Source of the DNA: a bacterium | Lineage (GTDB): Bacteria; Arandabacterota; Arandabacteria; Arandabacterales; JALGWA01 | Assembly (NCBI GenBank): GCA_050125095.1 | Contig: JASFEA010000048.1 | Coordinates: 1-19,734 of the forward strand | Reading direction: 5' to 3' | Length of the DNA stretch: 19,734 nt | Shown: one piece after another, positions 8,040-16,312 of the stretch | Layout of the letters: every line of letters starts with the position of its first letter | Position numbering within the stretch: position 1 is the stretch's first letter | Position numbers and translations under genes: made by a program | The notes under the pieces: model-generated | The model's database searches: none | The model's input: the letters and a program-made list of their open reading frames with translations, nothing else | Told to the model about the DNA's origin: nothing

Positions 8040-8991
8040 CACCTGTCTCCCTGTACCACTCGATGGTGCGTTCCAGCCCCTCTTCCAGGTCGACCCTGGG
8101 CCAGTAGCCCAGCATGTTCATGGCCTTCTTAATGCTCGGGATGCGCAGCTCGACGTCGACATAGTCGCGCTGGCTGTAAACGAGCCTGGACTCCGAATTG
8201 CAGAGGCGCTTGACGAGATGGGCGAGATTGGCCACGGTGACCGTGGCGCGGGGGTTCCCTATATTAAAGACATGCCCGATGGCCTCGTCTTTCTCAAGGC
8301 AGAGCATGACGCCGTCGACCATGTCGTCGACGTAGCACCACGCCCTTATCTGCGTTCCCTCTCCGTGTATCTCGAGGTCGTTGCCCTTGAGGGCCTCGAC
8401 GACGAAGGTATGTATGGCCCCTATCCCCACCTGCTGCGGCCCGTATACGTTGAACGGGCGAACCGTCACCGCTGGCAGGCCGTATTCCTTGTGATAGGCA
8501 TGGGTCAGGTGCTCGGCCGCTAGCTTGGACACCGCGTAGGTCCACCGGGACTCGCCGACCACTCCCAGCGTGGTCGAGTCGTGCTCCTCTCCCATATAGA
8601 CGTGGCTTCCGAATACTTCGCTTGTCGAGAAATCTATGAAGCGCTCCACCCCGGCGGCGACGGCCGCCTCGAGGGCGTTGAAGGTGCCGAGGAGATTCAC
8701 CTTCATGGTGAGCGTGGGCATGTTCATGACCGTATCGACGCCGGCTATGGCGGCGAGATGGACCAGGACGTCGCACCCCCGCGCGGCCTCCATCACCTCA
8801 TCCCTGTTCAGAACGTCGCCCTTTATGACGCTTACGTTGTCGCTCTCTGCGAGATCGGTGTAGGCCAGGGCGTTCCGGTGCAGGTTGTCGAATATGACTA
8901 TCTCGTTCTTATGGAACAGCCGGAGCGCGATCTGCGAGCCGATAAAGCCCGCGCCGCCGGTAAGCAGTATCTTCTTGTTCTCAAGTGCCAT
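8017..8991 (-). CDS. NAD-dependent nucleotide-sugar epimerase/dehydratase (extended SDR), ArnA-C/UXS decarboxylase-like
   Basis: Motifs TGGAGFIG, HLAA, FSTSEVFG, RWTYAVSK (YxxxK), RPFNVYGP, GEGTQIRAWCYVDD, LEEGL. Confidence 0.88.
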   Translation of the reverse strand: MALENKKILLTGGAGFIGSQIALRLFHKNEIVIFDNLHRNALAYTDLAESDNVSVIKGDVLNRDEVMEAARGCDVLVHLAAIAGVDTVMNMPTLTMKVNLLGTFNALEAAVAAGVERFIDFSTSEVFGSHVYMGEEHDSTTLGVVGESRWTYAVSKLAAEHLTHAYHKEYGLPAVTVRPFNVYGPQQVGIGAIHTFVVEALKGNDLEIHGEGTQIRAWCYVDDMVDGVMLCLEKDEAIGHVFNIGNPRATVTVANLAHLVKRLCNSESRLVYSQRDYVDVELRIPSIKKAMNMLGYWPRVDLEEGLERTIEWYRETGDDQASKT

Positions 8992-8997
8992 TGCGCC

Positions 8998-11193
8998 TCA
9001 CCTTATGACTACGATTCTGCCGACGAACTCGCTGCCGTCCTCGGCATATGAATGAAAGACGTAAACACCGGGAACGACTCTCTTTCCCTTCTCATTCCTC
9101 ACGTCCCAGGCGTCCTCGCAGCCGATCTCGGCGACGAGCGCCCCTTCAAGCGTGTATATCCTCACCTTCGATCCGGGTTTGCAGCCGTCGAAACGAACCG
9201 GCTCGTCATAGTCCTGCTTGAATTCGTTGTAAGGGCTCGGATAGGCCTGCACCCAGGAAGAGGGCATCCCCACCCTGCTGAGCGGACCCGGAACGAAGTT
9301 GTACACCCCCCCTCCGGCCGTGCCTATCCACAGGCTACCATCGGCAGCCACTTCGACCGCCTTTATGGCGCGGTCCGGAAGCAGGCTGTTGCTTCCGTCG
9401 TATTCGAATCTCCTGCCCTCGAAATCGCTCCATATGGAGCCCTCGCCCTGGAGCTCGTAAAGCCCCTGGTCGGCTGCTACCCACTTGGTCCCGTTCGCGT
9501 CAACAACGATGTCCCATACGACTCCGATGGTGGACCTGACCGTATGCCACTGCCCGTCGTAGGAACCCAGCCCGGAGGACGTTCCGCACCATAAGACGCC
9601 GTAAGGGTCCACGGTAAGCGCATACACATGGCCCTGCGGCCAGCCGTAGGCGGGCCCCCACGCGGTGCATGTGTCGTCGTTTTTGGACGACCAGCTGAGA
9701 CCCGGGCAGAACCGGACGATTTCCGGCGGCGACCCCTCCGGCTCCGAGTTATAAGAGCCGGTCAGGTAACAGCCGTCGCCCCCGGCGCCCAGCGCGAGAA
9801 GGTAAGGGCTGTCCCCGCACGCCGGTTCGTCGAAAACCCCGTAATGGACCACGGAGGAGCCGAAATTGTAAAGGACTCCGAAACTGGTCTCGGTAGTGTA
9901 CTGGGTAAACAGCACCTCTCCGCCGTCCGCGACATGGATGGAGCTTATGACGCGCGAATCCAGCATGTCGGCATATGAGGTAAAGCCGGTATCCGCCATA
10001 TCATACTTGAGCAGATCCCCGCTGCCGGCCTGCCAGAATCCCAGATATATAGATCCGTCAAAAGGACTCGCGTCGATGGCATACGAGATAATAGAGGGCA
10101 GAGTATCGGCGCCAAAGTGGGTCCACTCGGCGCCGTCGTAAACGTAGACGCCCTTGTTGGCCGCGCGCGGGGCGCCGCCGAACCGGAAGCCGGTCGTGCA
10201 CCAGACCCGGCCCTTGCCGTCAATGGCGATGTCTTGAATGTAGTTTTCGTAAGGCCCCTCAACCGTCAACATCTCCCAGGAACCGTCAACGAGCCTGGCC
10301 GCACCGTGGCTTGTCCCCAGGTACTCGGTCCCGCTGGTGTCTATGGCTATCGCTGTCCCGTCCCACAGGTCATCGCTGATGCCGGCACGGTTGTAGAACC
10401 ACGACCGCGTACTGGCATCGTAACGCGCGGGCCCCCCTTGCGTGACGGCCCACACGGTCGTGTCGAGCGCGGCGATGCCGCGCATGACATCGAAGCGTAT
10501 CCGGGTCTTGGGGACCCGCTCCAGCAACTGGCCGTCGTAGGTGAATATGGAATCATCAGATATGACCCAGAACAGGGAGTCGCCGTCATAGTCGATATCT
10601 ACTATGCGGTGCTCGGGCAGAACCGTGCTCCAAAGGCCGGCGCTGAAATCGTATTGCTGAAGACCGCACTGGGAACCCACGAGCACGAGCGATCCGTTGC
10701 ATGACACTGCGATTGCGGAATCACAGCCCGAACGCCCCCAGTCTACGCCGTTGAAGAATCTCTCGAACACGCCGCCCTCGAACAGGCTCACCCCTCCTGC
10801 CGTCCCGACGGCGACGGTATTGCCGCAGGAGGAGATGTCCAGGACGTCATCGCTCAGCAGTCCGAGCGTCTGGGTGCCTATGAAGCGCCAGGTGGAGTCC
10901 TGCTCCATGATACAGACTCCGTAGTCCTCGGTTCCCATCCACACCCGGCCTGAGGAATCCACCATCACTGCAGTCACGTCAATGCTCTTGAGCCCGCCTT
11001 CGGAACGCACAACCTTGATGTACTCTCCGGTGCCCGTATCGTAAAGTACGGCGCCCCCCGACGACCCCCACCACAGGTACTCGCCCATCGGATACAATGA
11101 GCTCACCCGATTCGAGTTCACATGAACTTCCCACTGCGCCCGGGCTGCGCCCGCCACAGCCAGCACAATAAACAGCGCCCCAAAGAATCTCAT
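8998..11193 (-). CDS. PorZ-like secreted beta-propeller protein with T9SS-type C-terminal domain
   Basis: 731 aa with signal peptide ARA|QW. Repeated blades: VDSSGRVWMGT, IDGKGRVW, VDPYGVLWCGT, VDANGTKWVA, GSNSLLPDRAI, DGSLWIGT. CTD: VQAYPSPY...VRIYTLEGALV...WDVRNEKGKRVVPGVYVF...GRIVVIR. Size and architecture match PorZ as recalled. Confidence 0.7.
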   Translation of the reverse strand: MRFFGALFIVLAVAGAARAQWEVHVNSNRVSSLYPMGEYLWWGSSGGAVLYDTGTGEYIKVVRSEGGLKSIDVTAVMVDSSGRVWMGTEDYGVCIMEQDSTWRFIGTQTLGLLSDDVLDISSCGNTVAVGTAGGVSLFEGGVFERFFNGVDWGRSGCDSAIAVSCNGSLVLVGSQCGLQQYDFSAGLWSTVLPEHRIVDIDYDGDSLFWVISDDSIFTYDGQLLERVPKTRIRFDVMRGIAALDTTVWAVTQGGPARYDASTRSWFYNRAGISDDLWDGTAIAIDTSGTEYLGTSHGAARLVDGSWEMLTVEGPYENYIQDIAIDGKGRVWCTTGFRFGGAPRAANKGVYVYDGAEWTHFGADTLPSIISYAIDASPFDGSIYLGFWQAGSGDLLKYDMADTGFTSYADMLDSRVISSIHVADGGEVLFTQYTTETSFGVLYNFGSSVVHYGVFDEPACGDSPYLLALGAGGDGCYLTGSYNSEPEGSPPEIVRFCPGLSWSSKNDDTCTAWGPAYGWPQGHVYALTVDPYGVLWCGTSSGLGSYDGQWHTVRSTIGVVWDIVVDANGTKWVAADQGLYELQGEGSIWSDFEGRRFEYDGSNSLLPDRAIKAVEVAADGSLWIGTAGGGVYNFVPGPLSRVGMPSSWVQAYPSPYNEFKQDYDEPVRFDGCKPGSKVRIYTLEGALVAEIGCEDAWDVRNEKGKRVVPGVYVFHSYAEDGSEFVGRIVVIR

Positions 11194-13199
11194 TCCGAAC
11201 CTTCCTTATCCACCACCGCATTCTCTCCCGAACCAAAGAGCCTGGTTATTCTCCCCAGGCTGCTGAGCCCTATTTCCATGTCGAAGGACAGCGACCAATT
11301 CTCGAGATAGTACATATCAAGCCGGTCTCGCCGTGACGGTGAACTCCCGCCGTCACCGGTGAGCCAGAGGCCGGTTATACCCGGCTTCACTCTCTCTCCA
11401 CCGACGGCCCTGCTGGGCCCGACCAGGCTGTTGCGTCCTCTTATAACATAAGCGAGTTTCCGCACCGTATCAACAAACGACCCCAAGTTCCTGTAGGCAA
11501 TCGCCTGGAAAAGAAAGACCAGGGGCGCGATCAGAACAACCAGCCCGAGCCCTATGACGGCGAACAGCCAGTCCAGGAAACGCTTCGTCACCAGCCGCGC
11601 CCCCGAGAGGCTGGAGGGCGGGAACACCACGAAGGGCTCATTCCCGATCTCCTCTATCGAGGAACCGTGTATCAGCATGTCGGTTATCTCGGATGCCACC
11701 ATGACCTCCACCCCGAAACGCCTGGCCCTGAGAATGACTTCTCCCATCTCCTCCCTTGAGAGCCTGCTGTCGGATATGAACACACCGCTGAGGCGCTGGT
11801 CCACCACCGTCTCGCCGATGTTCGCCGTCTCGCCGATCACCGGGACCATGCCGGCCTCAACCGTATGGCCCGTAGGCACTATGAAGCCGACGAAGTCGTA
11901 CTCGCCCGGCGCGCTCAGGAGCAGGTTCTCTTTGAGATCGACGGTCCCGGGAAGGCCGCCCACTAAGGCTATGCGCCTGCGGTCGAAGAAGCTCCGCCTT
12001 ATGGCGCGGTGCACGGCCCTGAGGAGCGAGCGTCCCACCGTCACCAGGACTGCCGATATGGGCCAGAAGATAACCACGACCAGGCGCGAGTAGGCTATGG
12101 TCCGCGTAAGATAAGTCGCCGCCATTATGATCAGTGAGCTCAGCAGTATCGAGCGGGTAACGCGAATGAGGTCATGGGCGAAACTGACGCGCCGCGGCTT
12201 GCTGTAGAGGCCGGAGTATACGAACGAGAATATGCAGAGCAGGTTCACGAAGATCATGAATCCCGCATAGGTCGCCACCGGGTAGATGGGCTTTTCGAAC
12301 GTGGCGCGGAGTAAGTACCTTATATAGAAGGCCCCGAGAAAAGACGCGTTTATCATTACAAGGTCCATCACCAGCGTGACTATGAGCCACATGAGCCAGC
12401 GCTCGCGCTTCAGGGCGTAGGCCCCTGAGCCCCACTTGTCGTAATAGCGGAAAGTGCTCAAGAGATGCGCCATGAACTTGCGGTCGGGAAGCAGCCTCGC
12501 GCTCTCCCTCCGGTGATGGTGTTTCATCTCCGCGTCGGCGACATAGTATACCCTGTAACCGTGCTTACGCATGCGCGAGCACCAGTCCACGTCCTCAAGG
12601 TAGAGGAAGAAGCGCTCGTCCATGCCGCCGACCCGCTCGAAGGCCTCCTTCCTCACAATCATCGACGCGCCTATCACCCAGTCTACGGGCCGGTTGGTCT
12701 TGTGGTCCCAGTCGGCCATGAGATGGTCCCTGACGGCCTTCGCGTTGGGGAAGAGCTTGCCCAGAAACGTGCGCCTCAAGAGCACAACGGGCAGCGTATA
12801 GAACGTGCGGCAGGACGGCTGCAGGGTGCCGTCCGGGTAGACGAGACGCGCCCCGGCTATGCCGGCGTCCCCGTGGCTGTCCATGAACGTCACCATGTTC
12901 TCCACGGAGCCCGCCCTCACTTCTATGTCCGGATTGAGAACCAGAACGTACGGTGTGTCCGAGGCTTCTATGCCCTGGTTCACGGCCCTGGCATAGCCAA
13001 GATTGGCCGAGTTCTTGATGAGCCGGACCTCTGGAAACTCGGTTTCCACCGAACTAACCGTGCCGTCCCCGGAGGCGTTGTCCACCACGGTAACCCGTGG
13101 GAGCAGGCCGGGGTAATGGTCCGAAATGGAGGCAAGGCAGGCGCGGAGGAAGTCCTTCGTATTGTATGAGACTATGACTATGGAGACCTTGTTCTGCAT
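11190..13199 (-). CDS. GT2 glycosyltransferase (WbbL/rhamnosyltransferase-like) fused to a WbaP/WcaJ-like membrane module with a degenerate phosphoglycosyl transferase domain
   Basis: N-terminal GT2: SIVIVSYN, VVDNASGDGT, NLGYARAVN, LNPD, DWVIGA, MDERFFLYLEDVDWC. Then about 4 TM helices, a Rossmann-like segment, and KRFLD...SLVGP...KPGITGLW...LDMYYLENWSLSFDMEI. Confidence 0.8.
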   Translation of the reverse strand: MQNKVSIVIVSYNTKDFLRACLASISDHYPGLLPRVTVVDNASGDGTVSSVETEFPEVRLIKNSANLGYARAVNQGIEASDTPYVLVLNPDIEVRAGSVENMVTFMDSHGDAGIAGARLVYPDGTLQPSCRTFYTLPVVLLRRTFLGKLFPNAKAVRDHLMADWDHKTNRPVDWVIGASMIVRKEAFERVGGMDERFFLYLEDVDWCSRMRKHGYRVYYVADAEMKHHHRRESARLLPDRKFMAHLLSTFRYYDKWGSGAYALKRERWLMWLIVTLVMDLVMINASFLGAFYIRYLLRATFEKPIYPVATYAGFMIFVNLLCIFSFVYSGLYSKPRRVSFAHDLIRVTRSILLSSLIIMAATYLTRTIAYSRLVVVIFWPISAVLVTVGRSLLRAVHRAIRRSFFDRRRIALVGGLPGTVDLKENLLLSAPGEYDFVGFIVPTGHTVEAGMVPVIGETANIGETVVDQRLSGVFISDSRLSREEMGEVILRARRFGVEVMVASEITDMLIHGSSIEEIGNEPFVVFPPSSLSGARLVTKRFLDWLFAVIGLGLVVLIAPLVFLFQAIAYRNLGSFVDTVRKLAYVIRGRNSLVGPSRAVGGERVKPGITGLWLTGDGGSSPSRRDRLDMYYLENWSLSFDMEIGLSSLGRITRLFGSGENAVVDKEGSE

Positions 13200-13218
13200 A
13201 TTTTCCCGGAGCCCGGAC

Positions 13219-13935
13219 CTAGAGGCGCCCCATAAGGCCCTTGAATCTCAGTACCCACACCTTGTAAATCGCCTCCCATATGATGCGCTTCGACATCTTG
13301 GACGTGCCGGAGTGCCGGTCCACGAAGACGATGGGCACCTCTTTTATCCTGAATCCCCTCCTCCATGCCCTGAAGTTCATCTCTATCTGGAAGCAGTAGC
13401 CGTCGGAAATTACTTCGTCGAGTTCGATGGCCTCCAGCACCTCACGGCGGAAGCACTTGAAGCCGCCGGTCGCGTCATGCACCGGCATCGCCGTAATCAC
13501 GCGCGTGTATACATTTGCCATGTAGCTGAGGATAAGCCGCTCCATCGGCCAGTTGATCACGTTTACGCCCTTTATGTACCTCGACCCGATAACCAGGTCG
13601 TGGCTTCTGACCGCCTCCAGCATATCGGGTATGTACCTGGGGTCATGCGAGAGGTCGGCGTCCATCTGCATTACGAGAGTCGCACCGGCCTTGAGGGCGT
13701 ATTTGAACCCGGCGATATAGGCGGTGCCCAGTCCCTGCTTGCCCTCGCGCCTAATTAGATGGAGCCTGGGATTGCCGGCTGCCGCCCTGGTCACGAGGTC
13801 CGCGGTCCCGTCGGGCGAGTTGTCGTCGACGACAACCACCTCGATATCCGGCCCGGCCCCAAGCACCCTCTCGAGGACGATTTCTATGTTCTGTTTCTCG
13901 TTGTATGTGGGTATGACAACGATGGTCCTACTCAT
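13219..13935 (-). CDS. Polyprenol-phosphate glycosyl (mannose-type) synthase, DPM1/Ppm1-like GT2
   Basis: Motifs VIPTYNE, VVDDNSPDGT, GKQGLGTAY, QMDADLSH, DLVIGSRY, DATGGFKCFRR, GYCFQIEM, EVPIVFVDR, SKMS. Confidence 0.9.
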   Translation of the reverse strand: MSRTIVVIPTYNEKQNIEIVLERVLGAGPDIEVVVVDDNSPDGTADLVTRAAAGNPRLHLIRREGKQGLGTAYIAGFKYALKAGATLVMQMDADLSHDPRYIPDMLEAVRSHDLVIGSRYIKGVNVINWPMERLILSYMANVYTRVITAMPVHDATGGFKCFRREVLEAIELDEVISDGYCFQIEMNFRAWRRGFRIKEVPIVFVDRHSGTSKMSKRIIWEAIYKVWVLRFKGLMGRL

Positions 13936-16312
13936 TCCCGTCCCTTTTGCGTTTCATACGGAATCCTGCATAGAGACTTGCCGCAATGAAGACGCAGGCT
14001 CCGAGAAAGAACATCTTACCGAGTCTGTACCACGGCGAGCAATACCTCATTTCAATCATGTGCTCGCCCGGCTCCACATATACGGCTCTCATCGATATGT
14101 TACACCTTAAGAGGGGCACCTCGGTTCCCCCTATAGAGGCCCTCCAGTAAGGCAGGTAGTTCTCGCCGAAGAAGAGATACCCGGGGGCCGCGGCTTTCAC
14201 AAGGACTTCCACCTTGTTGGGCTCGTGAGACGCAATCCGCACCTCCTCCCCGTCCGGCGGCACCTCCGCGGACAGCCCCTGCCCTTCGTGCAGAATAATA
14301 GTGCGGCCGGGATCGAACTCGGGGTCTTTCAGCATCTCCAGGGCCGCAGAGTCCGATTCGGCGACGACGGCCTCGTGGACGAGGAACGCCCGGGGCAGAA
14401 CCTCCGTATTCCTGTAAAGACCTATGTCCCCGGCCTCCACCTCGCTTACGAAGGCGGGGATGGAGTACCTGCCCCGCAGCACGAGATACTTGACGTTGAG
14501 CATGTTCATTATGTTGGGATACTGCATGTTCTCGCCGCCCTTGCCGGTGAGGAACTCGTACCGGGCGATCCTGTTGTCGTAGAAACCGTTCGCCGTTTCC
14601 AGGCCGAAAATCGGCAGATAGTTGCGGTCGTAAAACTGGGACCCGATCCTCGGAAGCACCCTGAAGCGCGTGCCGTCGGCCGCCATGCGCTCGACCATCG
14701 GGTCGGGCCGCCGCCATTCTTCCATGCCGATGGTGCTTATGAAGGCCGTGGAATGCGGGAGGCTCGTGACGAGGACTCCCAGCCCGACAAGCGTCACGGC
14801 GAGCCATCCTCCGTACTTCCTGACCACGGGCGTCGCGAGGACGTAAAGGGCCATGCCGGCGAACACCAGCAGCGTCACGGCGCCCCAGTCCCAGGTCCTG
14901 GCAACGTTCTTGAAGGTTATGAGCTTCTCGCCGGCGAGATCACCATAGAAGGCGCTCGTCCAGAAGTTGAAGAAGGACTCCCGGAACAGCGTCATCAGTA
15001 TGCCGCCGAGGGCCGCCAGAGCGAAGAGCGCGGTGGCGATATTCTTCCGCCTCCCCTCGGCACCTTCACCGGTCAGGAAGGCCTCTATGAAATGCGCGGC
15101 CAGAACGGCCGCGGAACATGAGAACATGAACATTATCACGCTCACGGCCCGCAGGAACTTGGCCCCCGGAATGCCATAGAACACGAGCTTGAATACCGGG
15201 GTGTGTGCGCCAAGCGCGTAAAGCGGACAGAAGAAGAAGAGAAACAACCATGGCCAGAGCCTGCGTCTCCGGTAGAGAAGCAATATGCCGCCGATGGCGA
15301 GCAGAAGCACCAGCGGGCCGGGGGACTCGCAGTTGAGCTTGAATGGGTTTCTGCCCCAGTAGGTGTCTACGTCCGGGGCGTCGTAGCCGACAAAGGCCGG
15401 ATACAAGAGGGAGATTATCTCCTCCGGGTGAAGCGACCAGCTCGACGCGTATTCGTAAGTCACGCCGCCGGTTCGCGGCGAGAAGTTGGTCGTGTAGAAA
15501 TACGTCGGCAGGAACTGGATGCTCGCCAGGGCCATGGCGAGAACAACCGACATCGCAAGCAGGGCGACCCCTCTGGGCAGATTGCCCGCGCGCCACAGGC
15601 GGGGCACGTTGAAGAGGAAGTATGCCAGGAGCCCCCAGCTCGCGAAATAGGCCATCTGCGGATGCGAGGTAAGGAAGAGAAGCCCGACGGACCCTCCGAA
15701 TAGAACCGCGTATATGAACTCTGCCCTTCCGAGGAAGCGCTCCAGCAGAGCCACGGTCAGTGGAAAGAGCGCGGTAACGAATATCTTGGCGTCATGGCCC
15801 GCATAGGTCAGGGACACCAAGTAGGGCGCGGTCATGTAGGCGATACCCGCGATAAGGGCGGATTTGCGGCCCAGCCCCAGCGTCCGGATGAGGAAGTACA
15901 TCGCGAGCCCGGCCAGCCAGATATGGAGGACGATCTTGGCTCCGAGCGCCCTGTGAAGCGGCATGATGAAGTAGAATAGCGTCGTGGGATAGAATAGATC
16001 TCCGTGCATGGCGTCCACGACCGGGATGCCGCCGATTATATAGCGGTCCCACAGGGGCAGTGTCCCATGGCTCTTCCAGTAGTCGGCGACGACCTGCCTC
16101 ATCATGTATCCCATGGGTATCATGTCCGTGCCGTACAGCATGTCGTCCGAGAACACAAACTCGGCGAACATCCCCACCGCGATCGCGGCCAGGGTTAAGA
16201 GGAGTACGGCCGTCCATCTCCGGTCCAGTCCCGCTCCGGCGCGGCCCTCTCGCCCCTTCCCGGGCTTCTGCGCCGGTTGCATATGCCTTCCCTTCTGCTT
16301 GCGCTTCTTCAT
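13928..16312 (-). CDS. YfhO-family GT-C polytopic membrane glycosyltransferase
   Basis: Start corrected to ATG 16310-16312 (MKKRKQK..., ATGA overlap with the upstream gene), 794 aa. Motifs GTDMIP, PLWDRYIIGGIP, HPQMAY, QFLPT, SWSLHPEE, YRNTEVLPRAFLV, ENYLPYWRASIGG, MRAVYVEPGEH. Confidence 0.8.
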   Translation of the reverse strand: MKKRKQKGRHMQPAQKPGKGREGRAGAGLDRRWTAVLLLTLAAIAVGMFAEFVFSDDMLYGTDMIPMGYMMRQVVADYWKSHGTLPLWDRYIIGGIPVVDAMHGDLFYPTTLFYFIMPLHRALGAKIVLHIWLAGLAMYFLIRTLGLGRKSALIAGIAYMTAPYLVSLTYAGHDAKIFVTALFPLTVALLERFLGRAEFIYAVLFGGSVGLLFLTSHPQMAYFASWGLLAYFLFNVPRLWRAGNLPRGVALLAMSVVLAMALASIQFLPTYFYTTNFSPRTGGVTYEYASSWSLHPEEIISLLYPAFVGYDAPDVDTYWGRNPFKLNCESPGPLVLLLAIGGILLLYRRRRLWPWLFLFFFCPLYALGAHTPVFKLVFYGIPGAKFLRAVSVIMFMFSCSAAVLAAHFIEAFLTGEGAEGRRKNIATALFALAALGGILMTLFRESFFNFWTSAFYGDLAGEKLITFKNVARTWDWGAVTLLVFAGMALYVLATPVVRKYGGWLAVTLVGLGVLVTSLPHSTAFISTIGMEEWRRPDPMVERMAADGTRFRVLPRIGSQFYDRNYLPIFGLETANGFYDNRIARYEFLTGKGGENMQYPNIMNMLNVKYLVLRGRYSIPAFVSEVEAGDIGLYRNTEVLPRAFLVHEAVVAESDSAALEMLKDPEFDPGRTIILHEGQGLSAEVPPDGEEVRIASHEPNKVEVLVKAAAPGYLFFGENYLPYWRASIGGTEVPLLRCNISMRAVYVEPGEHMIEMRYCSPWYRLGKMFFLGACVFIAASLYAGFRMKRKRDGNE

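Noticed and set aside
8998-11193. Hybrid two-component sensor
   Set aside because: The propeller repeats are similar, but there is no TM helix, kinase or receiver domain. The protein ends in a secretion-type CTD.
572-13221. Genome-wide TAG reassignment
   Set aside because: TAG ends the protease (572) and DPM1-like (13219) genes at natural C-termini, and no gene shows an internal TAG. Only the 6933 junction is in frame with a downstream gene.
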